Both the position numbers and the translations under genes were made by a program. The notes under the pieces are model-generated. The model searched no databases. It was not told where the DNA came from and was given only the letters and a program-made list of their open reading frames with translations. Positions 1 through 10,838 of a DNA stretch of 64,000 nucleotides are shown one piece after another. This DNA comes from an uncultured Chlamydiae bacterium (GTDB lineage: Bacteria; Chlamydiota; Chlamydiia; Chlamydiales; Parachlamydiaceae), in contig CAVWGN010000001.1 of NCBI GenBank assembly GCA_963754655.1, forward strand, positions 2,912,001 through 2,976,000. Reading direction: 5' to 3'. Numbering within the stretch: position 1 is the stretch's first letter; every line of letters begins with the position of its first letter.

Positions 1-452
1 TTTTGATGTTTTTAAAAAACAAGAATTTTCAAAATATGAGCCTCTGCAATCGATCGGATGAACAAGCAAAGGCATTAGCCCAGCAACACGGTGTACAGCA
101 TCTCCCCTGGTCCCAGCTCAATCATTGGCCTGAGTATGACTGGATCATTTTTGGAACAAAATCTCCTGATTATCTCATCACATACAAAGAAATCCATCAG
201 CGTCCTATTAGCCAAAAGTTAATTATGGATTTATGTGTTCCACGTAATGTAGAACCTAAACTAGGCCAAGACTCTCGCGTGACTTTGCTAAATATTGATC
301 AAATCAATCGACTGTTAAAAATTCGCTCTCGTCGCATGATGCACATGTTAAAAGAAGCTGAACAGCGCGTGGCTCAGGCAACGCATGAACATACAACTCG
401 CTACCTAACAAAAGCAAAATCTAAAATTGCTTTATTAGCAGTAACCGCATAG
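1..452 (+). CDS. hemA: Glutamyl-tRNA reductase, C-terminal part (5' end outside window)
   Basis: CNRS...DWIIFGTKSP...IMDLCVPRNVEP...LLNIDQI matches the HemA NADPH-binding domain and C-terminus. Confidence 0.85.
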   Translation, partial: LMFLKNKNFQNMSLCNRSDEQAKALAQQHGVQHLPWSQLNHWPEYDWIIFGTKSPDYLITYKEIHQRPISQKLIMDLCVPRNVEPKLGQDSRVTLLNIDQINRLLKIRSRRMMHMLKEAEQRVAQATHEHTTRYLTKAKSKIALLAVTA

Positions 453-518
453 AACGTGTTCGAAAACACCAGCATCTGGCCCTTAGTAATTACGTAAGCA
501 TCTCGGATAGAAATTTAA

Positions 519-1922
519 TTAAAATTCAGCTTTTCCAGGATAGCGTGGAAAAGGAATCACATCGCGAATATTTTCCATGCCCGTTGCAAATTGAATTAAG
601 CGTTCAAAACCTGCTCCAAACCCAGCATGGGGCACAGTTCCATATTTTCTCAATTCAAGATACCACCAATAGTTTTCGACTGGAAGACCCACTTCTTTCA
701 TTCTAGCTTCTAAAACATTGAGACGCTCTTCACGCTGACTCCCACCCACAATTTCTCCTACTCTGGGCAAAAGCACATCCATAGCAGCAACTGTTTTATT
801 ATCATCATTAGCGCGCATATAGAAGGCTTTAATTTGCTTAGGATAATCAGTAATCATAACAGGCTTTGCAAAAAACTCTTCCGCAAGATAGCGCTCATGT
901 TCAGATTGCAAATCCAATCCCCACTTTACTGGAAATTCAAATTTTTTATCTGCCTTTTCTAAAATGCGAATGGCGTAAGTATACGTCGCTCTTTCAAAAG
1001 GGGTGTTAATGACATGCTCAAGGCGCTGAATAAGACCCTGTGAAATCAGCTTATCAAAAAACTGCATATCTTCTTGGCAATTTGTCAGAATATACTTGAA
1101 AACATATTTTAAGTACGCTTCTGCACAATCCATATCATCGTTGAGATCGGCAAAAGCCATTTCGGGCTCTATCATCCAAAATTCCGCCAAATGGCGCGAA
1201 GTATTAGAATTTTCAGCGCGAAAGGTGGGACCGAAAGTATAGATATCTGACAAAGAACAAGCAAAAATTTCGCCATCTAATTGTCCAGACACAGTTAAAT
1301 AAGTTGGCCTGGAAAAAAAGTCTTGAACAAAGTCAGCCTTGCCCTGAGGTGTTTTAGGAGGATTAGCCAGGTCTAAAGTCGTGACTTGAAACATTTGACC
1401 CGCACCTTCACAGTCAGAACCCGTGATAATAGGAGTATGAACATATAAAAAGCCTCGAGTTTGAAAAAATTGATGGGTGGCAAAAGCTAAGGCATTGCGT
1501 ATACGAGCCACGGCGCCAAAAGTATTGGTACGAGGGCGCAAATGGGCAATTGTACGCAAAAATTCGAAAGTGTGTTTTTTCTTTTGCATCGGGTACGTTT
1601 CAGGATCGCACTTTCCTATCAATGTAACAGCCGACGCCTGCATTTCTAGTGCCTGTCCTTTTGCTGGGCTTTCTACAATGACTCCATTGGCAGAAATAGA
1701 ACAACCTGTTGCTAGCTGTGTCAAGAGTTTCTCATAGCCAGGCACGTTTGGCGTCATAATCAGTTGAAAGTTAGATAAAGTTGATCCATCATTAACTTCG
1801 ACAAACGTAAATGTTTTTTGATTGCGAACAGTGCGAACCCATCCCTTGATTGTCACTTCGTGTCCGACCAAAGAAGGGGCATCTGCGCGTGGATGTTTTA
1901 AATCTTTAATTTTGATGCGCAT
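519..1922 (-). CDS. asnS: Asparagine--tRNA ligase
   Basis: OB-fold start (GWVRTVR), [38 protein letters not shown]. Confidence 0.97.
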   Translation of the reverse strand: MRIKIKDLKHPRADAPSLVGHEVTIKGWVRTVRNQKTFTFVEVNDGSTLSNFQLIMTPNVPGYEKLLTQLATGCSISANGVIVESPAKGQALEMQASAVTLIGKCDPETYPMQKKKHTFEFLRTIAHLRPRTNTFGAVARIRNALAFATHQFFQTRGFLYVHTPIITGSDCEGAGQMFQVTTLDLANPPKTPQGKADFVQDFFSRPTYLTVSGQLDGEIFACSLSDIYTFGPTFRAENSNTSRHLAEFWMIEPEMAFADLNDDMDCAEAYLKYVFKYILTNCQEDMQFFDKLISQGLIQRLEHVINTPFERATYTYAIRILEKADKKFEFPVKWGLDLQSEHERYLAEEFFAKPVMITDYPKQIKAFYMRANDDNKTVAAMDVLLPRVGEIVGGSQREERLNVLEARMKEVGLPVENYWWYLELRKYGTVPHAGFGAGFERLIQFATGMENIRDVIPFPRYPGKAEF

Positions 1923-1948
1923 GAGGCATTCTCCCTAACGTTGAATAT

Positions 1949-2803
1949 TTAAGCTAATTCTTTAAGTTGCTGAATTTCTCTTTTCCATAGCTCTACTCGT
2001 CCTGGTGTTTCCAGATATTTGGGTAAATGCCGCGTTCTGGAATCTCTCATCAAGAAGCGAAAACAATCCCATCCAATTTGACCCTCTCCTAGTGGTTGAT
2101 GACGATCCACCCGTGAGCCCAACTCTTTCAAAGAATCATTGAGATGAAAAGCATAAAGAAAAGAAAGACCTACAATGCGATCAAATTCAGATAATGTCTT
2201 TTCCCAAGCCTCGGGCGTCCGTACATCATATCCAGCAACAAATAAATGACAGGTATCCATGCAAACACCAATGGGAAGATGTTCTTTGACTTGCTCAACA
2301 ATATAGGCCAGATGTTCAAAGCGATAGCCAACAGTCGACCCTTGTCCTGCCGTAGTTTCTAATAGGAGCCGCGTAGTCCCTTTATGTAAAATAGGGCGAA
2401 CGAGCAACAAGCTTTCAACAATGCGCTCTAGGCATTTTTGAATATCTTCATTTAAAGCTGCTCCTGGATGAAGATTCAAATAAGGGATGCCAAGCTTTAC
2501 GCAGCGATCCACTTCTTCATAAAAGGCCTTTCGACTCTTTTCTAAAACATCAAGCCTTGGTCCACCTAAGTTAATCAAATAGCTATCATGACTCATAATG
2601 TGACAGAGTCCTGTCTCTTGCAAAGTTTGTTGCCAACTCTCAATGATTTCAGGTGTCAAAGAACGCCCTTGCCATTGCTTTTGATTACTCGTGAATAATT
2701 GGATAGTTGTTGCTCCAATCTCCTTGCCCTCTAAAAGGGCGCGATGAATTCCACCCACTGTAGAAGTGTGGGCTCCTATCAGGAGATTTGTCGCATTTAA
2801 CAT
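1949..2803 (-). CDS. nfo: Endonuclease IV
   Basis: IGAHTS, HDSYLINL, HPG, LLLETTAGQG, CMDTCH, HLNDS, DRHQ, LETP motifs. Confidence 0.96.
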   Translation of the reverse strand: MLNATNLLIGAHTSTVGGIHRALLEGKEIGATTIQLFTSNQKQWQGRSLTPEIIESWQQTLQETGLCHIMSHDSYLINLGGPRLDVLEKSRKAFYEEVDRCVKLGIPYLNLHPGAALNEDIQKCLERIVESLLLVRPILHKGTTRLLLETTAGQGSTVGYRFEHLAYIVEQVKEHLPIGVCMDTCHLFVAGYDVRTPEAWEKTLSEFDRIVGLSFLYAFHLNDSLKELGSRVDRHQPLGEGQIGWDCFRFLMRDSRTRHLPKYLETPGRVELWKREIQQLKELA

Positions 2804-2951
2804 GGCTGGCCTTTTATTCTTACCTTATGGAGCTGCGATTCTAGCAAGGCTCTGGGTTATTGACAAGCGCTTCTCCTTGCTTAATAAAAAAACAACGTGT
2901 TATGTTGGGCACTCGCTAAAATCTTCTTGATTCCGCAAATTTTCACAATCC

Positions 2952-4568
2952 ATGAAAGACACCATTCACACCATTCGTCGCTCTTCGCGTCGTTTTTTCT
3001 CAGGAACTTTACTTAGCCGTTTAACAGGTATGTTTCGTGACATATCCATGGCTTATGTGTTTGGTACTCAGCCATCTATTGCAGCCTTCATGGTCGCTTT
3101 TCGTTTTGCGCATTTGCTTAGAAGATTATTTGGAGAAGGAGCATTGCAATCGGCTTTTATCCCTGAATTTGAAGCTCTTCGACATCAACAAGAACAGCGA
3201 GCCTTTCTCTTTTTTCGCGATTTGACTTTGGTTTTAACTTTATTTCTCATTCTTCTGATTGGCGTATGTGGTGCAGGATTAGCAGGTTTTCTTTGGTGGG
3301 GAGATTTGCATCCCGATAATCAAGAAATTGTGTCCCTTACACTCTTGATGCTGCCAAGCCTTCTATTTATTTGCTTATTTGGACTTAATGCTTCCCTTCT
3401 CCAGTGTGAAAAGAGCTATTTTATCCCTAGTGTAGCCCCCGTGGCCTTTAACGGCATTTGGATAGCAATCGTTTTCAGTTTAAGGAATATGCCTGCGGAG
3501 CAAGCAATGCCTTGGCTTTCCTTTGGTGTTGTCATTGCCTGCCTCTGTCAATGGTTGTTAACTGTTCCACATACGTTGAAGAGCTTAAAAAATATTCGTT
3601 CCTCTGCAATTTGGTCCACTTTTCATCGCATATCCCCAGATCTTTATCAATTAGGCAAACCTCTTGCTTTGGGAATTTTAGGTGTGGCAGCCTCCCAAAT
3701 TAACAATGCCATTGATAGTTTATTTGCTCGATATGCAGAACCAGAAGGTCCTGCTTTTCTTTGGTATGCCATTCGCGTCCAACAACTGCCTCTAGCTTTA
3801 TTCGGGATTGCTGTCGCCGGGGCTGTTCTTCCTCCTCTTTCTCGTGCTCTAAAGGCGCATCAATGGGAAGATTATTATCATTTTTTGCATGATGCCCTTT
3901 ATCGCACTTGGATCTTTATGCTGCCTCTCACTGGAGCTTTATTCGTCATGGGCGATACGAGTATTCAACTTCTTTATGGAAGAGGCGATTTTAGTCCACA
4001 AGCAGTTGTTCAAACAACCTACTGCCTTTGGGCATACGGAATTGGTTTGATCCCTTCCGCCCTAGTCTTGGTTTTAGCTCCCGCTAGTTATGCTCAAAGC
4101 AATTATGTCCTTCCTGCAATAGCTTCTTTTATTACCATGTTATTAAACTTATTGCTCAATACCTTATTTATTATGGAATTTCAATGGGGAGCAGTCAGCG
4201 TTGCCCTTGCCACCAGCATCAGCGCTTGGATCAACTTAGGTGTACTAGGATGGAAATTATTTCGAACAGATTCTTCTTTATTTTCTCTGACCCTTTTGCA
4301 ACAAACAATACCTATGACCTTAGCCTCAATTGCAGCATGTTGGGGAACCTATAAAATTCGCCTTTTGTTTCAATACCTCCCTTTTTTTTCCGATACCCTC
4401 CTTCTTTCTTCTTCACTCTCTACTGAATTTGCCCTTCTTGCTTACCAAACATTGACGTTTGGAAGCCTTTTATTTTTGTGTTACTTCATCTTTTGCCTTA
4501 TTCAACGCTGCTTCTTTTCTATTTTTTTTTCAAAAACACAAATCAATCATCGTAATCATTTAAATTAA
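2952..4568 (+). CDS. murJ: Lipid II flippase MurJ/MviN
   Basis: SRLTGMFRD, LRRLFGEGALQSAFIP, QLPLALFGIA; many TM segments. Confidence 0.95.
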   Translation: MKDTIHTIRRSSRRFFSGTLLSRLTGMFRDISMAYVFGTQPSIAAFMVAFRFAHLLRRLFGEGALQSAFIPEFEALRHQQEQRAFLFFRDLTLVLTLFLILLIGVCGAGLAGFLWWGDLHPDNQEIVSLTLLMLPSLLFICLFGLNASLLQCEKSYFIPSVAPVAFNGIWIAIVFSLRNMPAEQAMPWLSFGVVIACLCQWLLTVPHTLKSLKNIRSSAIWSTFHRISPDLYQLGKPLALGILGVAASQINNAIDSLFARYAEPEGPAFLWYAIRVQQLPLALFGIAVAGAVLPPLSRALKAHQWEDYYHFLHDALYRTWIFMLPLTGALFVMGDTSIQLLYGRGDFSPQAVVQTTYCLWAYGIGLIPSALVLVLAPASYAQSNYVLPAIASFITMLLNLLLNTLFIMEFQWGAVSVALATSISAWINLGVLGWKLFRTDSSLFSLTLLQQTIPMTLASIAACWGTYKIRLLFQYLPFFSDTLLLSSSLSTEFALLAYQTLTFGSLLFLCYFIFCLIQRCFFSIFFSKTQINHRNHLN

Positions 4569-4737
4569 ATGTTTTTAATTAATTAACATCAGTAAAATCC
4601 CAAAATAAATTAATTAATTTAAAATAAAATTAAAAACAACCTTTTATTTGTATATTGTTTTTTTTGATTAATAATTCTTGACAGTAATTTCTATAATCTT
4701 TAATATATCAATTTCTTATTTAAGGAGTTTTTCGTTT

Positions 4738-5856
4738 ATGCATGTAAATAAGTTAGGTGTATGCTTATCTCCTTTTCAGAAAGCAACCTCTTCGAATGGA
4801 AAGGAGTTTAATTTTGGAGATTTAAATCAAGATGAGAAAGATTTATATACAAATATTGTCAATAAATTATTAAATTATTTTTCAGAACGAATCGAGCATC
4901 CTGTATTAGGAAAGACCCCTGATTCTAGAAATTATAGTTTAATTTTTCGGCAATCGAAATCTTGGCGTAACGTTGAAGCCATGTTTAACGAGCTTTTGCT
5001 ATTAAAAACAAGCTTTAAAACCAAGAAATGGGCAGAGAACTGGTTAAAAGATATTAATCTAATGAGAAATGACCAGAAGTCAATTAAAGATTGCATCTTC
5101 CAACTGCAAACCTGCAAAAACGAACTCAAAAAATTGAAGGGTGTTATTGATAATAAGCCTCTTATTCATAAAGAGCGTGATATTAAAATAATGATCTATC
5201 AAATTAGAAAGCGAATTATCGAGAAATTAAATGAAAAAGAAAAGCAGCTTTCTTCACCTGACTGGTTTTTAGAAAAGAATCCTTCCTGTCAAAAAATTAT
5301 CCAATTTTTAAAGAAAAATTGGGATTGTTTGAAACTTTTTCAAGAGTGGGCGGAAGTTGGATTAGATGATGAAAAGATATTTGTTCATCCTGAAAAAAAT
5401 AATTTAACATTAGATGAAAAACAAGAGGTAAATAAATCTGTTAAAGCCATTTTTATTATTGGAGAGGCTGGTCTTCCGAAGGAAATTCCCTTAGAGTATG
5501 AGGGAGAAGAACCTGGAAAAATTATTCGCCCTACAAAAATTAATATCAAAGATTTTCATTTAGCTTCTGCATCGCCTGGTCTTAAAAGAAAATCTTCATC
5601 TATTCAGTTAACTGATGAATTAATCTTTGACTTTCCTCTGGCAGAAGGTGAATATCATCAGGTCACAGAAGACATCAAAACAGTCAGCGAGACAGCTCTT
5701 AAACTTGAAAGCATTGTTCAACTTGCAATTAAGGAAGTTAATCAAAAAATATCGGGAAATATGGATGCATCCGATGAGAATCAAATTAAACGTTATTTAC
5801 TTTCTTTCTTTTCTTTAAATTCATTATTTCATACTGATAAACCAGAATTTAAATAA
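4738..5856 (+). CDS. Hypothetical AT-rich protein, possible effector
   Basis: Long ORF; ATG 4738 preceded by AAGGAG; K/E-rich helical sequence, no family recognised. Confidence 0.7.
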   Translation: MHVNKLGVCLSPFQKATSSNGKEFNFGDLNQDEKDLYTNIVNKLLNYFSERIEHPVLGKTPDSRNYSLIFRQSKSWRNVEAMFNELLLLKTSFKTKKWAENWLKDINLMRNDQKSIKDCIFQLQTCKNELKKLKGVIDNKPLIHKERDIKIMIYQIRKRIIEKLNEKEKQLSSPDWFLEKNPSCQKIIQFLKKNWDCLKLFQEWAEVGLDDEKIFVHPEKNNLTLDEKQEVNKSVKAIFIIGEAGLPKEIPLEYEGEEPGKIIRPTKINIKDFHLASASPGLKRKSSSIQLTDELIFDFPLAEGEYHQVTEDIKTVSETALKLESIVQLAIKEVNQKISGNMDASDENQIKRYLLSFFSLNSLFHTDKPEFK

Positions 5857-6640
5857 CGCGAAATACATCTCGCAATAGAGTAAGAGTGACTTCCATGATG
5901 ATCAAACCTATGATCGTCCATTCCAAACGGCTAGAATGTTGATGATTGAGTTCATTACCAAGCATCTCAAATAATTCGTGAATAACATCTAAACGTTGAT
6001 TCAGAACTTCCACGCGTGTTTCGAGGTCCAGGTAATTAGCTGTCATGGCATAAAGCGGCTCTAATTCTGTATATTCCCAAAAAAATTCTGGAGTATCTAA
6101 AACGTCCACATGTAAGTTAATAGAGCTACGCTCAATAAATAGCTCCCCCATCTTACGTCTAATTTCTCTACGAGATAAAGAAATGCGACCATGCTTAGCT
6201 AGATCTTCAGGAATATGTTTGGTATGGTTAAATGTTTTTCGAAGCGCACTTTCAAACGTACCTAATTTAACTGATTGAGCTAACCCATGTGAAATGGCCA
6301 AGCGGCTCAAAACATCTAGATTAGGCAATATAATTTCATCCTCTGCTATCTTCGGCATTTCCCCTACAATAAAGGTAAATTCATCCATTTCAATTTCTTC
6401 AATAGGCTGTTCTTCGAATTCTTTGATTTGTTCAAGATAAGCGCAGCAGCGCTCTAGACTTAGCCCCCAAAAGACTGTTGCCCCATAGGGAAAATAAAAA
6501 ATATCTCCAATGACTTCACCGGGCACAACAAAATGAATGACATCGCGATATAAAGTGACATTCGCTCCAACCTGCTTAAAGCGCTCATAAAGTGCCTTAA
6601 TATGATAGGCAGAAGCAGTACAATAGGCTCGGCAATCCAT
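5849..6640 (-). CDS. RMD1/DUF155 family protein
   Basis: AYCTA, YGATVFWG, SHGLAQSVKL, LDTPEFFWE, RLEWTIIGLI. Confidence 0.9.
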   Translation of the reverse strand: MDCRAYCTASAYHIKALYERFKQVGANVTLYRDVIHFVVPGEVIGDIFYFPYGATVFWGLSLERCCAYLEQIKEFEEQPIEEIEMDEFTFIVGEMPKIAEDEIILPNLDVLSRLAISHGLAQSVKLGTFESALRKTFNHTKHIPEDLAKHGRISLSRREIRRKMGELFIERSSINLHVDVLDTPEFFWEYTELEPLYAMTANYLDLETRVEVLNQRLDVIHELFEMLGNELNHQHSSRLEWTIIGLIIMEVTLTLLRDVFRVI

Positions 6641-6697
6641 AAAGGGGGGCCTTTAATATTGGATGGAAGAGGCGGTTGAAGAGTTAGATAGAATGGA

Positions 6698-6781
6698 TGC
6701 GAAAGAGGGGACTTGAACCCCTACGAGGAAACCCTCACTACCACCTCAAAGTAGCGCGTATACCAATTCCGCCACTTTCGC
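6698..6781 (-). tRNA. tRNA-Leu(GAG)
   Basis: Reverse complement GCGAAAGTGGCGGAATTGGTATACGCGCTACTTTGAGGTGGTAG...GGTTCAAGTCCCCTCTTTCGCA; long variable arm; CCA not encoded. Confidence 0.95.
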
Positions 6782-6911
6782 ACAACTTGAAAAAGGTATA
6801 ATAGCACTTTTCTCTGTATCCAAGCAATCAGATTTTGCAAAGAAAATGATTCAGGATTAAAAACAGATTTAAAATGAAGCGTTACACTTTATCGCATGCT
6901 CCCTTTAAAAA

Positions 6912-7937
6912 TCAGAAGAATTTGATAATCTTGAGATCTTTAGGCAAATTATTTTTTATTCCTTCCTGCGTCACTTGAAAGCACGAAGTAATATTAAGCG
7001 TTTGAAGATTTTTTGGCACATTCTTCAATTCTTCATCTGTTAACCACTCACCACAACCGCTTAAACTAAGATTTTTAAGATCCTTAGGCAAATGTTTCAG
7101 GGTGACATCTTTTAAAACACATCCAGTTAATTCAAGCGTCTCAAGCTTTTCGGGCAAATTCTTCAATCCTTCTTCTGTTAAAATCCAATGAGATAGGCTA
7201 AGAAACCGAAGATCTGGAGGTAAATTTTTTATCCCTTCTTCTGTTAAGAATGACTCTTCTGCTTCTATGACGTCTAATATCAGCACTTCAAGTTTTTTGG
7301 GCAAATTTTTTAACCCTTCATTTGTGAGGAGCAGGCAATTGGTTAAATTAAGCTCTTTAATATTTGGACAAGCTTGTAAGATTTCTTGTAGTTGCAGGTC
7401 TGTAATAAGAGTATCTTCTAAATTAAGCTTTGTTAAAAACTCTCCCACTTGTTTGGCCATTTCTAGCTTGCTTTCCAGTGAAATAAAAGCTTTTTTTGGT
7501 TCCTGATATTTTGTTTTTTCGCTCTCTAATATCGAAGCGGATAACAAGGGCTTTTGCAACTTCTGAAAATCTTGAGATGTCTTTCCAAATTTGTTTTGCT
7601 CATTTTGATCCAATCTTTTCAAAAAATAAAGAAGAACATCTTCTGGTAAATCTTCTATTGTTTTTCCAGTCACTAATGTTTGGCAAATTTCATTTATTTT
7701 TTGAACCACTGGATCATTGGGATCCACTTGGTCTTGGATAAGCTTGGATTTGATCGTGAGAAGATAAGATTGAGCATCTTGTTGACTAATGTACTTAATC
7801 CCTCGCTGCAATACTTCTAAAATTTCAGGAAGGTGTTTTTGGGGATTGCTTTCGATCAATTGATCCAGCCTTTCATGGAATTGAGTATTTGAAAAAATTT
7901 CATTAGGATCATTGACTGACCTTGTTCCTATATTCAT
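6912..7937 (-). CDS. F-box + leucine-rich-repeat protein, putative T3SS effector
   Basis: IEDLPEDVLLYFLKRLD (F-box) followed by repeats of type LTEEGLKNLPxxLxxLxL; ATG 7937 after GGAGG. Confidence 0.85.
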   Translation of the reverse strand: MNIGTRSVNDPNEIFSNTQFHERLDQLIESNPQKHLPEILEVLQRGIKYISQQDAQSYLLTIKSKLIQDQVDPNDPVVQKINEICQTLVTGKTIEDLPEDVLLYFLKRLDQNEQNKFGKTSQDFQKLQKPLLSASILESEKTKYQEPKKAFISLESKLEMAKQVGEFLTKLNLEDTLITDLQLQEILQACPNIKELNLTNCLLLTNEGLKNLPKKLEVLILDVIEAEESFLTEEGIKNLPPDLRFLSLSHWILTEEGLKNLPEKLETLELTGCVLKDVTLKHLPKDLKNLSLSGCGEWLTDEELKNVPKNLQTLNITSCFQVTQEGIKNNLPKDLKIIKFF

Positions 7938-8227
7938 ACTAACCTCCACTATTAAATAAATTCATAGTTTAGTAATCAGTGACACTAGTTTTTGCCTAAG
8001 ATTCTATTTTTTAATAAAAATATATTTTAATAAAATAATAAATAAAACTAATTATTTAAATGTATTATATAACAAAATTAATTTAAATTAAAATAAGATA
8101 TTATTAATAAATGCTATTTATTTTTAATCAAAACTAAATAGTAAGCACTTAATATTAATAAAAAGCTAAGGAATTTCTTTAAATAAGAAAAATTAAATTG
8201 ATGGGGGTATCTTTCGCAGTTGCGACT

Positions 8228-8920
8228 TTATGCTTTTACACAAGCATCAAAGAAAGCCATCATTTTGTTCTGTAAGCCAAGGGAGATCTCATTTGAGCAA
8301 ATTTCCCGATAGCTTTGACAAGTCGCTAGCCGATAAAGCAGCTGTAATTCCGCCTGTTCCCAAATCAAGCTTCCAACCGGTTGATGATTTGGACACCAGC
8401 TCTCTGAATCTCGAGTAAAAGCCAAGCCTTGCAACGATTGCCAACATTCGCAGCATCGAAAAGGAAAAGCTATTAAACCATCATGTTTAAGTAATTTAAG
8501 GCGAAAACTCGTTGCTAGAATCCAAGGATTCACGGTATGAGGGATTTTTACAAGATAAAAACAGAGAAGGGCATAAAGTTGAGTAGCAGATTTGCCTAAA
8601 AATTGCGAAGCAAGCAAAGCTTGTACTAAATCACAGGCGACTTCTAAATCTAGTAATTTTTTGCGCAAAAAAGAGAATGAATCAAGCAAGGTCATTTCGT
8701 GGCAACTAAAAATTTCTCCTCTTTTTTCACGATAGATGACCTCTACTTTGGTCAAAGGAATAGTCATCCCTTGCCCACGCTGGCGCTTGCCGCGGCTGCC
8801 TTTATAAAGAACTTTAATAAGTCCGGCATCGGCAGTAAAGATCGAAAGGATTTGATCGTAATCCCTAAAAGGAATGACGCGCAAAATCACCCCTTCTGTA
8901 GAATGAAAAACTTGAGTCAT
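8228..8920 (-). CDS. recO: DNA repair protein RecO
   Basis: TEGVILRVIPFRDYDQILSIFT OB-fold; FRLKLLKHDG; CxxC...CxxH zinc site. Confidence 0.92.
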   Translation of the reverse strand: MTQVFHSTEGVILRVIPFRDYDQILSIFTADAGLIKVLYKGSRGKRQRGQGMTIPLTKVEVIYREKRGEIFSCHEMTLLDSFSFLRKKLLDLEVACDLVQALLASQFLGKSATQLYALLCFYLVKIPHTVNPWILATSFRLKLLKHDGLIAFPFRCCECWQSLQGLAFTRDSESWCPNHQPVGSLIWEQAELQLLYRLATCQSYREICSNEISLGLQNKMMAFFDACVKA

Positions 8921-8925
8921 ATTGC

Positions 8926-9043
8926 CTAGTACTCCATTACATTAGTTTTAGCCTATTGGGACTGCTTCAAAGCCCCGGAATTGGGATGAGATGATTCTCT
9001 TGTAGTCTTCAGACTACATGACGATGGGCAATCTAACCCAGGG
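8926..9043. repeat. Repeat family B, left part
   Basis: CTAGTACTCCATTAC...TGTAGTCTTCAGACTACA...CTAACCCAGGG is nearly identical to 59921-60036; its terminus recurs at 9443-9457 and inverted at 27055-27079. Confidence 0.85.
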
Positions 9044-9442
9044 CTAGGGTGTTCATTTTGTGCAAAAAATGAGCTTTATTTTTCACAATAATTGGCATAG
9101 TTAAATTGAAGGTCGCATGTTTATGCCGTCCTTTCAGGACTCGATGTCTTTTTGATAGAACCCAGGCCTCCGCTTCGCTGCGACCTGGGCTGTAACATGA
9201 CAGCCCTTCAGGCCTTAACAAAAAGATGATTTAGGGACTATAGAAGAGGGACTTAAACATCTCTTGTTAAGGCCTGAAGGGCCGTCATGTTACAGCCCAG
9301 GTCGCAGCGAAGCGGAGGCCTGGGTTCTATCAAAAAGACATCGAGTCCTGAAAGGACGGCATAAACATGCGACCTTCAATTCAACTATGCCAATTATAGT
9401 GAAAAATAAAGCTCATTTTTTTGCACAAAATGAACACCCTAG
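9044..9442. mobile_element. Palindromic MITE/REP-doublet family A, copy 1 (399 bp, intact)
   Basis: CTAGGGTGTTCATTTTGTGC...GCACAAAATGAACACCCTAG; ~185-bp inverted arms around a ~30-bp core; copies at 16531 and 42961. Confidence 0.92.
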
Positions 9443-9684
9443 CTAGTATTCCATTACAGGAGTATTAAGGCGCTAGCATTTTGTAAACACGTCCAAGGCA
9501 GAGCAGGCATAAGGTTGCAATCTAACATCTCATCCTAAAGTAAGGATTTAGCAATTTGAAAATCTCTCTTCATTTATACACTAGAGAAACCAAAATTTGC
9601 AATTTCTTATTATAATTCTAGACTTATAATCTCTTGCCTTATATATTGATTTCCTAGTTATTAAAATGCATTTAACGATATTAT

Positions 9685-9757
9685 GCACCGATAGCTCAAT
9701 GGATAGAGTACCCGGCTTCGAACCGGGTGGTTAGAGGTTCGAGCCCTCTTCGGTGCA
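9685..9757 (+). tRNA. tRNA-Arg(TCG)
   Basis: GCACCGATAGCTCAATGGATAGAGTACCCGGCTTCGAACCGGG...GGTTCGAGCCCTCTTCGGTGCA. Confidence 0.95.
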
Positions 9758-9769
9758 CTTTTTATTTTT

Positions 9770-10828
9770 GTGGAAAATTCACCCTCTTTCTCTATTTTTT
9801 CTTATTCTTCTTTAGAATTTGCCTCTTTAATTCGCAATTGCTTGGGAAAAGGCTACCAGCATGCTCTGTTGATTTATCAAGAGTGGTTTCGCAGTGGGAA
9901 AATCACTGGAAATCATCCCGCCTTTTCAAATGCCCAAGCACTTTTACAACAAATGCGTCAAGTCATCGATTGCACTACTCTTGCCTTAGTTGCAGAGCGG
10001 CAAGATGGCAATACTGGTAAATTTCTTCTTAAAACACATGATCAATTAGAAATTGAATCAGTTTTAATTCCCATGCAAGCAGGAGGAACTCTGTGTGTTT
10101 CTTCTCAAGTTGGTTGCCGCATGGGATGTGCGTTTTGTGAAACGGGAAGAATGGGCTTGCTACGCAATTTAACCACAGCAGAAATTGTCAACCAACTCTT
10201 TATTGCTCGCTTTATTTTAGGCTTTCAGGTGCGAAATTTGGTCTTTATGGGGATGGGAGAGCCCTTTGACAATTATGAAAATGTCATGCAGGCCATACGC
10301 ATTTTTACTGATTCTTATGGATTTGGATTAGGTCTTCATCACTTGACTCTTTCAACAAGTGGACGAGTGGAAGAAATCTATCGTTTCATGCAAGAAAAGG
10401 GTCCCATTCCCCATCTTGCAGTTTCTTTAAATGCCCCAACAGATGAGCTGCGCAACCGTTTGATGCCCATTAATCGCACCTATTCTTTAAAAGATCTCTA
10501 TCAAGCGATGCAGGCCTTTAATTGCAAAAGAGGCAAATCGATTTTAGTGGCCTATGTACTGATGAAAGGACTAAATGATACATTGGAGCATGCAGATCAA
10601 TTAGCTCATTACCTACAAGGCTTGCAAGTCAAAATTAATTTGATTCCTTATAATCCTCAAAGCCACGATCGCTATCAAACTCCCGAGCAAGAGGTGTTGG
10701 AAGCTTTTACAACGCGTTTACGAGAAAAAGGCTATTATACCCTTTTACGCCAGACAAAAGGGCAAAACATTATGGCAGCTTGCGGGCAATTGGGCAATCT
10801 TGAGTTGCGACGACGCAAATTGCAATAA
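9770..10828 (+). CDS. rlmN: Radical SAM RNA methyltransferase RlmN
   Basis: CVSSQVGCRMGCAFC, MGMGEP, INLIPYNP, AACGQL. Confidence 0.93.
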   Translation: MENSPSFSIFSYSSLEFASLIRNCLGKGYQHALLIYQEWFRSGKITGNHPAFSNAQALLQQMRQVIDCTTLALVAERQDGNTGKFLLKTHDQLEIESVLIPMQAGGTLCVSSQVGCRMGCAFCETGRMGLLRNLTTAEIVNQLFIARFILGFQVRNLVFMGMGEPFDNYENVMQAIRIFTDSYGFGLGLHHLTLSTSGRVEEIYRFMQEKGPIPHLAVSLNAPTDELRNRLMPINRTYSLKDLYQAMQAFNCKRGKSILVAYVLMKGLNDTLEHADQLAHYLQGLQVKINLIPYNPQSHDRYQTPEQEVLEAFTTRLREKGYYTLLRQTKGQNIMAACGQLGNLELRRRKLQ

Positions 10829-10838
10829 CTCTTTCCGA

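Noticed and set aside
9033..9446. Twin ORFs MLRPEG... on both strands (also 42812, 44648, 61129)
   Set aside because: Mirror ORFs produced by the palindromic repeats; no coding evidence.
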